Position numbers and translations under genes: made by a program. A DNA stretch of 53,566 bases from IMG/VR virus record IMGVR_UViG_3300025133_000143, positions 1-53,566 of that record. One strand, written 5' to 3'. Shown here piece by piece: positions 27,076 through 35,930 of the stretch. This stretch comes from a virus. Taxonomy: Duplodnaviria > Caudoviricetes. The stretch's first letter is position 1, and every line of letters starts with the position of its first letter. The notes under the pieces are model-generated. The model ran no database searches. It was given only the letters and a program-made list of their open reading frames with translations, and was not told the DNA's origin.

Positions 27076-27843
27076 TTAAGTTCCTAGCAAATCTTGGAAG
27101 GCTGCGTCTACACTAGTGGTAGTTGTCGCACGGGTCACCGCCGCTTCGGCTGTTTCCGTAGCATCTCCAAGAGAATTCATAAACTCGTTAAAAATATTCT
27201 CAACTTCCTCTTGAGGCTTGCGAGTAAAAAGATTTTCCATATCTGGAACAGTCTTGAGAAGGCGTGCGCACTCCTCTTCTCCGCCAACTGCATCATCACA
27301 AAGCGGTGATGTGCGGCGCCGAGGGGTAAGAGTAGTCTTTGGAAACTGTGCTCCCGGTGGCTTTCCATAACCCAGCGTTAGGTCGGTTCCATCTTCGCAA
27401 TCGGTGATGTCACCATACTCGGGATTGAGAACCAGATTCAAGAGAGCGGTATACGCTTCCTTACCGTAGCCCCAAACTCGGACGCCTTCGGCTTCTTCGC
27501 CTCGAACGAGGACTGGTGAAAAGAAACGTTGTCGCGGTGACATATCCTTTGCCAACTTCAACGTGTCGGTATCTTGCGAATCGTTGTATTCTTTCCAGAG
27601 TTGGTCCTTAAAGTCGCAGATAGGGCAATCGTCTCCGAAATTCTTCTTGGGACAAAGAATACCAGAGCGATTCTCTCCACCAAGGTTATAGTGGAAGAAA
27701 TAATCCTTGAAGGGATCTCCATCGGCAGTCGGGACAATACGAATTACCTGCTGTCCGTCTTGGGGTTTCCAAAAACCTCCTGCCTTGTTTTTGTTTTTGA
27801 CTGCATCCAGTCGTGCTTTGATTTTAGTAATGTCTAATGCCAT
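27076..27843 (-). CDS. Single-stranded DNA-binding protein (T4 gp32-like)
   Basis: FWKP..G..IRIVP, H...C...DCPIC zinc site, YGDITD...GTDL, acidic tail ending AAFQDLL. Confidence 0.88.
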   Translation of the reverse strand: MALDITKIKARLDAVKNKNKAGGFWKPQDGQQVIRIVPTADGDPFKDYFFHYNLGGENRSGILCPKKNFGDDCPICDFKDQLWKEYNDSQDTDTLKLAKDMSPRQRFFSPVLVRGEEAEGVRVWGYGKEAYTALLNLVLNPEYGDITDCEDGTDLTLGYGKPPGAQFPKTTLTPRRRTSPLCDDAVGGEEECARLLKTVPDMENLFTRKPQEEVENIFNEFMNSLGDATETAEAAVTRATTTTSVDAAFQDLLGT

Positions 27844-27924
27844 GTTTCAATTCTCCTTGTGTTATTTTTAAATTGTGCTATGAGCTAAAGTAAAGACGAC
27901 AAATCTCTCGCCTTTCTGTATAAT

Positions 27925-27953
27925 AATATAACATAGATTTAAATGCTTGTCAA
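27925..27953 (-). promoter_or_regulatory. sigma70-type promoter TTGACA-N17-TATATT; -35 lies inside an 8-bp palindrome
   Basis: Upstream of ssb; AATGCTTG-T-CAAGCATT at 27942-27958. Confidence 0.85.
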
Positions 27954-27969
27954 GCATTATTTTGCTTTT

Positions 27970-28239
27970 TTATTCAAAATCTTTGATAAGTTCGAATTCA
28001 TCAACATTCTTAATGGTGAACTCTTTTACTTCACCAACTACTGTTTTTTGATTGAAGATACGAAAAGCTTGTTTATCTAAATCCCATACAAGTTGATGGC
28101 CTTCGACCAGTTGGCGTGGTTTACCAGTTCCTTTAAGTTGGGATGAAAGAAAATCTTCTGATAACTCAGAAATTTTTACAAACCTCATAGTTCTAAGACT
28201 TCCATCTTTTTTCATATATGTTCCTAAATTGGCTTTCAA
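27970..28239 (-). CDS. WYL_2/DUF2693 Sm-like SH3 protein
   Basis: YMKKDGSLRTM...LVWDLDKQAFRIFN; start reassigned to TTG 28239 (AGGAGA SD, downstream of the promoter). Confidence 0.7.
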   Translation of the reverse strand: MKANLGTYMKKDGSLRTMRFVKISELSEDFLSSQLKGTGKPRQLVEGHQLVWDLDKQAFRIFNQKTVVGEVKEFTIKNVDEFELIKDFE

Positions 28240-28261
28240 GTTCTCTCCTTTTCTAATATAT

Positions 28262-28290
28262 AATATAGCATGATTTTTGGAGGGTGTCAA
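28262..28290 (-). promoter_or_regulatory. sigma70-type promoter TTGACA-N17-TATATT
   Basis: Read directly; extended TG. Confidence 0.8.
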
Positions 28291-28322
28291 GGTTTTTTAA
28301 ATGACTTGACGTTCTTTTGACA

Positions 28323-29147
28323 TTAGGGTTGTATATATGAGGCGTGCGCGATACAATAGGAAATGTCATCTTCGTACTTAGTCTGGAATACCGCATATGA
28401 AACATTTGTAGTCTTGGATACTTTTGTTTTCATCTGGTTGACTATCGAGCGGAATAGGGTGCCGTCGTTTTGTAGCTTGTCTTCATTTACTCCATAAATA
28501 TAACATACATCACGGCGCATGTCAAGGGGAAAAAATATTTTTTCTTCATTTTTAGCAGCATCAAAAATTCCAAACGTTGAAATCTTACACACATCACGGG
28601 GTTCGTTTAATTTTCCCATCACGGGGTTCGAATTCTGAAAGATGTGGATCATATGAAGAGTAGTAATAAGGACTTCGTTTAATTTATCATAGTAAGACAT
28701 AATTGGCACATCCCCAATAATCTTTTCCAATTCTAGGTTAGAGACAAGATACAATCTCTTAAAGGCAGATGATCGGGCGTATTGCTGAAGTACGTTACGC
28801 ACCAAACGTTCTCGTAGAACTTGTACCTCTGTCAATAATTCAATTTCGGGCTGAATATAGAGGAGAGTAACGTTTTTGTGATCTAATTTTTCTAAAATTC
28901 GTAGAGAGGATACCGAAATTGCGCCTCCCCCTGCTAGAATGAAGAGGGTTTCTCCCTTTATTGGCTTAAGAAATGATGCCAAACAAGGAAGGATTGCCTC
29001 GTATTCTTCAGTTGTTTCATAGGCCGGGAAATTATAAGAGCGATCTCCTTCTATCCCCACATCTATTTGGTAACATTGGTACTGGGAGTATTTCTCAAAA
29101 CTTTTGGCTATCTTACACCCTGCATTTCCTAATCCCACTATATTCAT
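28323..29147 (-). CDS. Tubulin/FtsZ-like (PhuZ-like) protein with divergent signature
   Basis: MNIVGLGNAGCKIA, AGGGAIS (tubulin signature position), YIQP..E, LVSN..L, YDKLN. Confidence 0.7.
   Translation of the reverse strand: MNIVGLGNAGCKIAKSFEKYSQYQCYQIDVGIEGDRSYNFPAYETTEEYEAILPCLASFLKPIKGETLFILAGGGAISVSSLRILEKLDHKNVTLLYIQPEIELLTEVQVLRERLVRNVLQQYARSSAFKRLYLVSNLELEKIIGDVPIMSYYDKLNEVLITTLHMIHIFQNSNPVMGKLNEPRDVCKISTFGIFDAAKNEEKIFFPLDMRRDVCYIYGVNEDKLQNDGTLFRSIVNQMKTKVSKTTNVSYAVFQTKYEDDISYCIAHASYIQP
28497..28525 (-). promoter_or_regulatory. Intragenic sigma70 promoter TTGACA-N17-TATATT
   Basis: Inside the tubulin-like gene (PLDMRRDVCYI codons); extended TG. Confidence 0.65.
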
Positions 29148-29154
29148 AACACTC

Positions 29155-30345
29155 TCATAATTTTAATTTCTTTAAATTTCCAAAATCGCGGCCGGCCCGG
29201 ACATTAACGATAAACTCTCCCAACTCCGTATCCCCAAAGATTTTAATTATATTGGGAAGTAAATGCCGGTCTTCGAAAGATAAATCAAGGATAATAGAAT
29301 CATGAACCGGGAAGGCAACGAATGACTCCTCTCCCTCTAAATAACTATTGACTTTGAGCATCTGTCGAAGAACGTTCTCGGCGCAGGTGCTCTGAATAAT
29401 ATAATTCAGGGCCGTCCTCTCTTCGGAGGGGATGACCTTGTCCCAAAAGGTTCTCACTTGGCCCTGAGTGAAGTACTTTTGTACCACAGAACCCCGGTCG
29501 TAAGCGCGGGAGGATAAATAATCCTTGCTATCCGGATTATATAGCCACGCAAATATTCTCTTTTTGGCTTCCTCTCGGGTGATAAGTCCTCGGTAAACAT
29601 TTTTAATATTCCATTCGTGAATATCTTCTTGAGGCTGTGCTTTCCCTTGCAAAGCTATTAGTGTTCTTAACTCGGCTGCGTTGAAATCTAGTTCTATAAA
29701 AAAATCATTGGTAGGTTCCACAACGCATCTATATTTTCGATCCATCGTCAAAATTGGAAAACTTCCCGCTTCCGTGGTCAGCCTTCCGGTTTTAGTACCG
29801 TAAGGGTTGAATTTACAAGAGATCACGGCCTTGTTTAAGTTGCGAGAAAATTGTCTAGCTCTCGGTTGATGCATAAGGGGAAATAAGTTTTTCGCATTTA
29901 TATTTAACTTTCGATAGCGCATTTCTCCCAGAGTTTTGGCCAATGCTACGCGGTAATCATAGTCAATAGGTTTCGAAAAATTATGAAAAACATGTTTACA
30001 AATCTGATCTTTCATATAACAATATTCAAGCAAAAATCGCTGCGGTACTAAATCGAAAAAACAGTTTTCTTCGAGCGACACATCGGCTATCTGGAATGAG
30101 CGCATAAAAGATTTGAGCTTGGTGCAAATGATCTGCCATCGCCCTAAAAGATGGTCCGGGCAAGCCTCCTCTAGAGTGAGACCTCCGGAGTATATTTTGG
30201 CATATTGGATATTTCCGCCTTTGAGGGAGGGAGCGTAAGACCATGTATGAGTTAGATCGAGAGGTGCCTCATCATAAAACAATTCCCCATCGACGTAGAC
30301 GCCTACACATTCGGATTTATCATCCAGAGTTTGAAAAAACAACAC
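29155..30345 (-). CDS. Miniature family-A DNA polymerase (palm plus reduced fingers)
   Basis: GTKTGRLT, ELDFNAAELR (motif A), REEAKKRIFAWLY (B), NYIIQST, VHDS (C); only 396 aa. Confidence 0.85.
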   Translation of the reverse strand: MLFFQTLDDKSECVGVYVDGELFYDEAPLDLTHTWSYAPSLKGGNIQYAKIYSGGLTLEEACPDHLLGRWQIICTKLKSFMRSFQIADVSLEENCFFDLVPQRFLLEYCYMKDQICKHVFHNFSKPIDYDYRVALAKTLGEMRYRKLNINAKNLFPLMHQPRARQFSRNLNKAVISCKFNPYGTKTGRLTTEAGSFPILTMDRKYRCVVEPTNDFFIELDFNAAELRTLIALQGKAQPQEDIHEWNIKNVYRGLITREEAKKRIFAWLYNPDSKDYLSSRAYDRGSVVQKYFTQGQVRTFWDKVIPSEERTALNYIIQSTCAENVLRQMLKVNSYLEGEESFVAFPVHDSIILDLSFEDRHLLPNIIKIFGDTELGEFIVNVRAGRDFGNLKKLKL

Positions 30346-30350
30346 ATCTC

Positions 30351-31646
30351 CTAATATCTTTTGTAAGTGCCGAGCGACACCACCTGTGTATAAAATTCCT
30401 CAAAATTCTTAAAAGACCACTTAGATTTATCTAAACTTGCGTAGTATCTCTTATACACATCGTAATTGAGGGATCCATTAATGAACCTTAAATCATCAAA
30501 CTTCTTATTAATATAACGTAAAGCCTGCGTCTTGTCAAGGGTCTTTACAATATTTTTAGAATTATTAAAAATATGATCTAGGCGCGCCTCTGAAAATTTA
30601 GTTCCCTTTTCCACATTCTTTAACTGAACATAGAAACGCAGCCAATGGAGATATGAAAAGTGATCTTCCACTTGGTCTAGGCGCACGGGTTGTCGCAAAA
30701 TAGTAGTCGTGCGCATTTTACCATTGCGATGTTGTTGTTTTTTTATTTTCGGTCGTGACCTCACTATGCCGTTATAGGTACTCACCGCCAAAAGCTGCAA
30801 CTCCGAGATATCCCGCAAGAAGGTGGGCTCAGTATAGGCCGAAAAAAAAGAAGTGGGACCGGTTGGTCCGTTGAGATAGAGACTCATGAATTTTTGCATA
30901 GCTGGAGAGGAGAGATTTGCAACCAAACGCCAAGGAGCGTTCATATCAATATAAAACCCATATTTAAGGGCTATATTTTTATAAAAGTTGAAAGCTAGGC
31001 TCCGGGTGAAATCTTTTATTTTTTCAATGTCAGAATCTGCGTCGTAATCCCCTATTTCTAAGGCTAGCCCGCTTGATAGGATGCCGGTGGCGGAACTGAC
31101 CACGCTTGATGACCGTGAGATGGAGGTCTCGACGGCGGCTTCTTTTAATAATTGTAAAAATCGAGGTAAAAAGTCGTCAAAGGAGGTGATAGTAGCATCA
31201 TTAGCCAACAGGCGAATCGATAGTTGTCGAATGTGCCTCTGTTGTCGATTATAATCCACCGTAGGCGCGATATATCCATATGTGGCCTTAAAGTTGGTAA
31301 TGGGAGGGGCGGGAGTGGGGAAGCGTCCTTTTTTGGCGCAATATTCTATCTCTTTTTTCATTTCACGATAGGCCGCAGCCACGAAATTCACTACCTTTAC
31401 ATTTTCCTCTATTAAAGAGAGAGAGCCGGGAGAACAGCTTGCCGGTACCATGTCGGTGTTCAGGCGCCCGTAAAAAAAATCCTCCTGATTCCAAAAATCT
31501 CGGATAGGGGCCGGAAGTGTAAATTCTGCGGGGTTGTCATTGTCGTAAAAAGCATAGGCTCTATAAATTTCTCTCTTTAAAAACAAATCAAAAGTAGTTG
31601 AGCCATTAGAGGCATCAAAAAAAGAAGATGGCAAAGGATCAGCCAT
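30351..31646 (-). CDS. Hypothetical protein at the end of the tail/baseplate module
   Basis: 431-aa ORF coupled (TAATG) to the baseplate gene. Confidence 0.75.
   Translation of the reverse strand: MADPLPSSFFDASNGSTTFDLFLKREIYRAYAFYDNDNPAEFTLPAPIRDFWNQEDFFYGRLNTDMVPASCSPGSLSLIEENVKVVNFVAAAYREMKKEIEYCAKKGRFPTPAPPITNFKATYGYIAPTVDYNRQQRHIRQLSIRLLANDATITSFDDFLPRFLQLLKEAAVETSISRSSSVVSSATGILSSGLALEIGDYDADSDIEKIKDFTRSLAFNFYKNIALKYGFYIDMNAPWRLVANLSSPAMQKFMSLYLNGPTGPTSFFSAYTEPTFLRDISELQLLAVSTYNGIVRSRPKIKKQQHRNGKMRTTTILRQPVRLDQVEDHFSYLHWLRFYVQLKNVEKGTKFSEARLDHIFNNSKNIVKTLDKTQALRYINKKFDDLRFINGSLNYDVYKRYYASLDKSKWSFKNFEEFYTQVVSLGTYKRY
30510..30538 (-). promoter_or_regulatory. Intragenic sigma70 promoter TTGACA-N17-TATATT upstream of mini-PolA
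   Basis: Encoded in TLDKTQALRYI codons; marks the structural/replication boundary. Confidence 0.65.
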
Positions 31647-34600
31647 TAGGGACTCCCCACGCCGCCGGCTGCTGTCTTTGGCGCGCTGAGATCAGTCTCG
31701 CTTTCTTCGGGACATTCTTCCGTGGATGCATTTAGGCCGGACGAGAGTCGCGACGATCCATCTCCGCTATTATCGAAGAGGCATTCGAGATCGGTCGAAA
31801 ATACATTATCGCCGCTTATTTCGTTTTTAACTTTAGTGATCAAATGATAGCCGCCGAGGCCTAACTGGTTGGCATGCGTGCCAGGAGTACTTGGGTGTCC
31901 CAGATCCTTTCCGAGGGGCTGCATATTTAGATAGACATATTGTCCTGGATGGAACATGGTATTACCTACCATGTTCACATTCGCTTTATAGACCGTTGCG
32001 AGTTCCGCAAGAGGATTATAGGAATCTTGCTCAAAACGCGCTTCTCTTAGGAAAGGCTGGTCAGTCTTTGCGAATTTAATTGCCTTTACCAAACCGTTTT
32101 CGGCGCCCATATAGAGATGATAAATGCCCCTCTTAAAGTCCGCGTCATGTTTGCCGGCCCAGCCTTTCTCGGGATTGGATGTTTCAGCGTAAAGATAAAT
32201 ATAATGAAACATGGAAGTAGTCTTCTTCCAAGGATCTACAGTATAAAGCGGCGCAGTGGGGGTAATGTGTTTTAAGTCCATGTTATTTTTATATGTCGAC
32301 TTTTTGATCGCCGGGTCTGTTGAGAAATCTCCATATGTTGTCCCCCTGGCTTCGATGGGGCTTTTGTCTCCGACAGAGGGCATCGAAACCATGCCCGTCT
32401 TAAAAGTAATCTTTTGCCGCATGGTTCCCTGGAAACATTCTGCATTAAAAATATCCACCAGCGATTCTTGGAGGAGGCTTCGAAGACATGGTAAAAGACC
32501 CAGACTGGTCCTATTAGAATCGGTCACATTTCTTACAAACCATTTACGAATGGCTCTAAGCGAAATTGGAATATCCCCCATATTTATAGTTTTATAGCCC
32601 GGGCCAAAGGGGTCCTTTAAAGTCAGAGGGCCCAATAGAAGTTTTACATTTTTGGACACACAGGGCGCATACGCCACACTAGTTTCCCCCACGTTGACAT
32701 CAGTATAATCCAGAGCATGTTTGGCGAGTTCTTCGAACAGATCGGAGGCGAAAACAAAATTAATATCCCAATGATCGCTATCCTTCTTCGCTGGGTCGTT
32801 GATACCACCCTTAGAATCTAAATCTAAAAATTCATCTACCGTGAGAGTGTCCCCTCCTTTGGTCACTGAGCCGTCAGTGATAAGAAGTTGGGTGGCGGCC
32901 TCATCTCTGATTTGGCCGGCCAAGACCGGATCCGTAAAGCTGCCGAACCAATTCGTCCAAGTCCCCTTAGCTTCTTCCTCCACTATCGCGCGGCGCTCTT
33001 TAACCGCCTCCTGATGGTCTTGGACTTGCTGCGCGTCTTGGCCTGCAACGTTTTTGACGTATTGACGATAATCGGCGTCATCAGTATCCGTTTTTAAATT
33101 TATGCCCTTTCCTCTGGCGAATTTCTGGCCGGCCAAATCTAAAGACTGTCCCACCATAACTGCCCGATTTTCAGTGAAGGCCTGCCAGGAGCTTTTAGCG
33201 CCCTGGATACCCAGCGCGCCCGGGTTGGTTATAGTAGTATTTTTAGAATCTAATTTAACTTTCGTTTGCTGCCACTGCGCCTGTTTAATCAGTTCTCGGG
33301 TTACCCGACCAGTATAGATCTGAGAATTGCCATCCATATCATACACCCCTTCGGCGAGTTCCGCCAACAAGGAGTCCGCCATCCAGGCCCTGGCCCATTG
33401 ATTAATATTATCTAATTTTGTCTCTGCTGTTTTGACCGCCGCCTGATCACAATAAACTTTAGCTTCGGCCAACTCATTATTTACCTCACTACGACGAGCG
33501 CGGACAAAAGGAGTGGCCAGAACATTGGCTTTGCTGTCCGATAAAAGTCCTTCGATTCGAGCGCGGTAGTGTAGAGTCAAAGTAAAGACCCCATCCTGGC
33601 CGATATCGAATTCATGATCAATCATCGTTAAGAATAGGGGTGTGATGTTATGTTTGACGCCGTCTTTCATATCGGAATCAAATATCGCGCCTTTTGCGGG
33701 CGCCCAGCCGACGACCATTTTCATTTCAAAATGTGTAATACCATCGCGGTCATTGAGAACGGGTTGTCGACCGGCGGCGCCGATTGTTCCTTTTGTGGGA
33801 GCCCCTTTAGCACATTTAGCTGCTGCCGTCTTTTTACGGCCGGCTTGGGCAGCGGCCACTTTCGCTTGGAGATCTTGCATGTCGCGAGCGGGGCGCCTCA
33901 AGAAATCTAAATAACTCCATTTTCGGCTGCCGGCGCCTTTGCGCGGTGTGGTTAGTTCATCAAAATTCTGAAAAAACAAAGTCACAGAAGCTCTCACGTC
34001 ATTGCGTATTGTAGCCGGGTTATCACTGATGTATTCCCAGGTGATATTTTTGATACCTACTTGGCCTTTCATGGCGTTGTCATTCGTCATGCTGGAGAAA
34101 TTTGTTTGTTGGGGAAATGTCATTTCTTGTTCATCGTGGGGGCAACCTTGGGCATTGTAAAAGACTTTATAAAATCTATAAACTGGTACCAAATGAGATA
34201 ATTGGATATTGGTGCTCTTTTGGATAAAGTTGGACCAACCTTTTTGCATAAATAATTTATTAATAAATTCAGGAGGGCTCCCATGGGCCATCTCTACTCT
34301 TTTGTAGGCTTCAATACGTCGATCTCGTTTTTGTTTCAGTTGAGCTAAATTTAATATGTTAGAGGCCAAAATACATTTCTCGCTCATAACGAGATCTTTC
34401 ATGGAAAGATCTAGCGACATGTTGGCAGTATCCAGAGTACTGCACGGGTCGCGGTTTTCTTTCTTTCGGAGGGCCAGCATCTTCTCCTTGAGTTTTTCTT
34501 TCTTGTCCTTATCCGTGGTTGCGGCATATTCCCGCTCTAATTCTCTCATCTCAGCGGGAGCGCGGAAGTCCTTTTTCGCCTGGTCTTTATTAATAACAAA

Positions 34601-35584
34601 ATAGTTATAAGATAAAATATCCTTCGCTGTGAGGCCGCCATAGCCTAACATTACATATCGGGCGTTTGAGCGGGGAAGGCCAGCCAACCCATCGGCTTTT
34701 TTTGCGTCTGCCTCCGTTCCGGTACCAGACGCGAGAAGGGCGCGAATATCAATCCCAGTCTCCACCAGGAAGTCCTCCAACGTCATCCGAAAATACTTGC
34801 CCTTAAAAGGTAACATATCTTCGGTAATAACTATTTGTGTTGGCACGCCCGGGCCGGATGGGACAAAGGACGCAAGATTCTCGTAATTATTAGCATCGAT
34901 TGTCTGACCCACCCGAGCCACCATTTGAAAGGGGTGGCTCATCACCGATTGGTATTTGTCGCCTGGGGCTACAGTGGTCGAGTGTGCCCGCGACGAGAAA
35001 GTACCCTTTGCGCGCGTATAGGGAAATCGGAGTGCATCTTGTCTTTCCACAACTGTGCCGGCGGTGTGGATGGAAACAAATGGATTATCTTGCATGCCAA
35101 AACTTGAAATATTTTGATAACGCACATTAGACGCCCCTACAAAATCCATAATGGCGTCCTGTAACACCACTTTGGAAAAGAAATTGGCAGCAATATTCTG
35201 GCGTATCCCTGGTACGTCTGCCCAGGCGCCGGTTCGAACACCCGAACTCGGGTTACTTGTGGCCTTAAATGGATCATCGTCGGGGGCGTATTTATCATAA
35301 AGATATTCCGCTTGATCTCTGGATGGTCCATCGAGGTTCTTCGCGCCAAAGATCTTTGTCAGGCCCTGGATCCTATCAAGTCCGACGGAACCTTCGAGTG
35401 CTATAAGATCAAAAACTGTGCATGGTTTGCCATTGAGTTCGCTCGAAACCTGAGTGTTGATAATCAGGGCCTGTTTTTGGCTCGTGGGATTCCAAGAAAA
35501 ATTGTGATACCCCTTGGGTGCCTGCCCCGTAGAAACATTTAGGCGCTTTTCTTTCTCGCGTTCTTCTTGGGTTTTGCTAGCCAT
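31646..35584 (-). CDS. Large baseplate hub-like protein (gp27/late control D-like C-terminus)
   Basis: Position after TMP and LysM wedge; C-terminal ANVNMVGNTMFHPGQYVYLN..GGYHLITKV...FSTDLEC. Confidence 0.65.
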   Translation of the reverse strand: MASKTQEEREKEKRLNVSTGQAPKGYHNFSWNPTSQKQALIINTQVSSELNGKPCTVFDLIALEGSVGLDRIQGLTKIFGAKNLDGPSRDQAEYLYDKYAPDDDPFKATSNPSSGVRTGAWADVPGIRQNIAANFFSKVVLQDAIMDFVGASNVRYQNISSFGMQDNPFVSIHTAGTVVERQDALRFPYTRAKGTFSSRAHSTTVAPGDKYQSVMSHPFQMVARVGQTIDANNYENLASFVPSGPGVPTQIVITEDMLPFKGKYFRMTLEDFLVETGIDIRALLASGTGTEADAKKADGLAGLPRSNARYVMLGYGGLTAKDILSYNYFVINKDQAKKDFRAPAEMRELEREYAATTDKDKKEKLKEKMLALRKKENRDPCSTLDTANMSLDLSMKDLVMSEKCILASNILNLAQLKQKRDRRIEAYKRVEMAHGSPPEFINKLFMQKGWSNFIQKSTNIQLSHLVPVYRFYKVFYNAQGCPHDEQEMTFPQQTNFSSMTNDNAMKGQVGIKNITWEYISDNPATIRNDVRASVTLFFQNFDELTTPRKGAGSRKWSYLDFLRRPARDMQDLQAKVAAAQAGRKKTAAAKCAKGAPTKGTIGAAGRQPVLNDRDGITHFEMKMVVGWAPAKGAIFDSDMKDGVKHNITPLFLTMIDHEFDIGQDGVFTLTLHYRARIEGLLSDSKANVLATPFVRARRSEVNNELAEAKVYCDQAAVKTAETKLDNINQWARAWMADSLLAELAEGVYDMDGNSQIYTGRVTRELIKQAQWQQTKVKLDSKNTTITNPGALGIQGAKSSWQAFTENRAVMVGQSLDLAGQKFARGKGINLKTDTDDADYRQYVKNVAGQDAQQVQDHQEAVKERRAIVEEEAKGTWTNWFGSFTDPVLAGQIRDEAATQLLITDGSVTKGGDTLTVDEFLDLDSKGGINDPAKKDSDHWDINFVFASDLFEELAKHALDYTDVNVGETSVAYAPCVSKNVKLLLGPLTLKDPFGPGYKTINMGDIPISLRAIRKWFVRNVTDSNRTSLGLLPCLRSLLQESLVDIFNAECFQGTMRQKITFKTGMVSMPSVGDKSPIEARGTTYGDFSTDPAIKKSTYKNNMDLKHITPTAPLYTVDPWKKTTSMFHYIYLYAETSNPEKGWAGKHDADFKRGIYHLYMGAENGLVKAIKFAKTDQPFLREARFEQDSYNPLAELATVYKANVNMVGNTMFHPGQYVYLNMQPLGKDLGHPSTPGTHANQLGLGGYHLITKVKNEISGDNVFSTDLECLFDNSGDGSSRLSSGLNASTEECPEESETDLSAPKTAAGGVGSP

Positions 35585-35930
35585 TATTCGCTTCCGTATA
35601 TAAACTTGCTAACCTTTCTGGCGGGAAAGGAATTAATATAATTTGGCCCAAATTCACATGATTCTCTGTAGGCATCTGGTTATACCAGGGAATGATCCAC
35701 CAATACTCTGGCTCACCGTAATATTTGTGAGCCAACTTATAAAATCGATCTCCTGTTTTCCACACATGCTGAATGGTAGTAAGGTTCTTGCGTTCGGTTA
35801 CAGTCAGGGTGTGAATTTCTGGCGTCAAGTATTGCTTAACCCTCTTCACTCCCCGCTTCGAAAGGATTTCATAATATAATTCTGCCTCGTTAAATCGCTC
35901 TTCCCTATTATCATATCTTCCTGATGACAT
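35577..35930 (-). CDS. LysM-like baseplate wedge protein (gp53/tail X-like)
   Basis: HVWKTGDRFYKLAHKYYGEPEYWWIIPWYN...GQIILIP. Confidence 0.8.
   Translation of the reverse strand: MSSGRYDNREERFNEAELYYEILSKRGVKRVKQYLTPEIHTLTVTERKNLTTIQHVWKTGDRFYKLAHKYYGEPEYWWIIPWYNQMPTENHVNLGQIILIPFPPERLASLYTEANNG

Noticed and set aside
28306-28345. Plus-strand TTGACG/TTGACA as an antisense promoter
   Set aside because: No -10 hexamer at 16-18 nt spacing
29155-30345. Mini-PolA as a pseudogene or one half of a split gene
   Set aside because: Uninterrupted ORF with SD, promoter and intact catalytic motifs; the deletions are internal, and neighbours show no Pol A motifs
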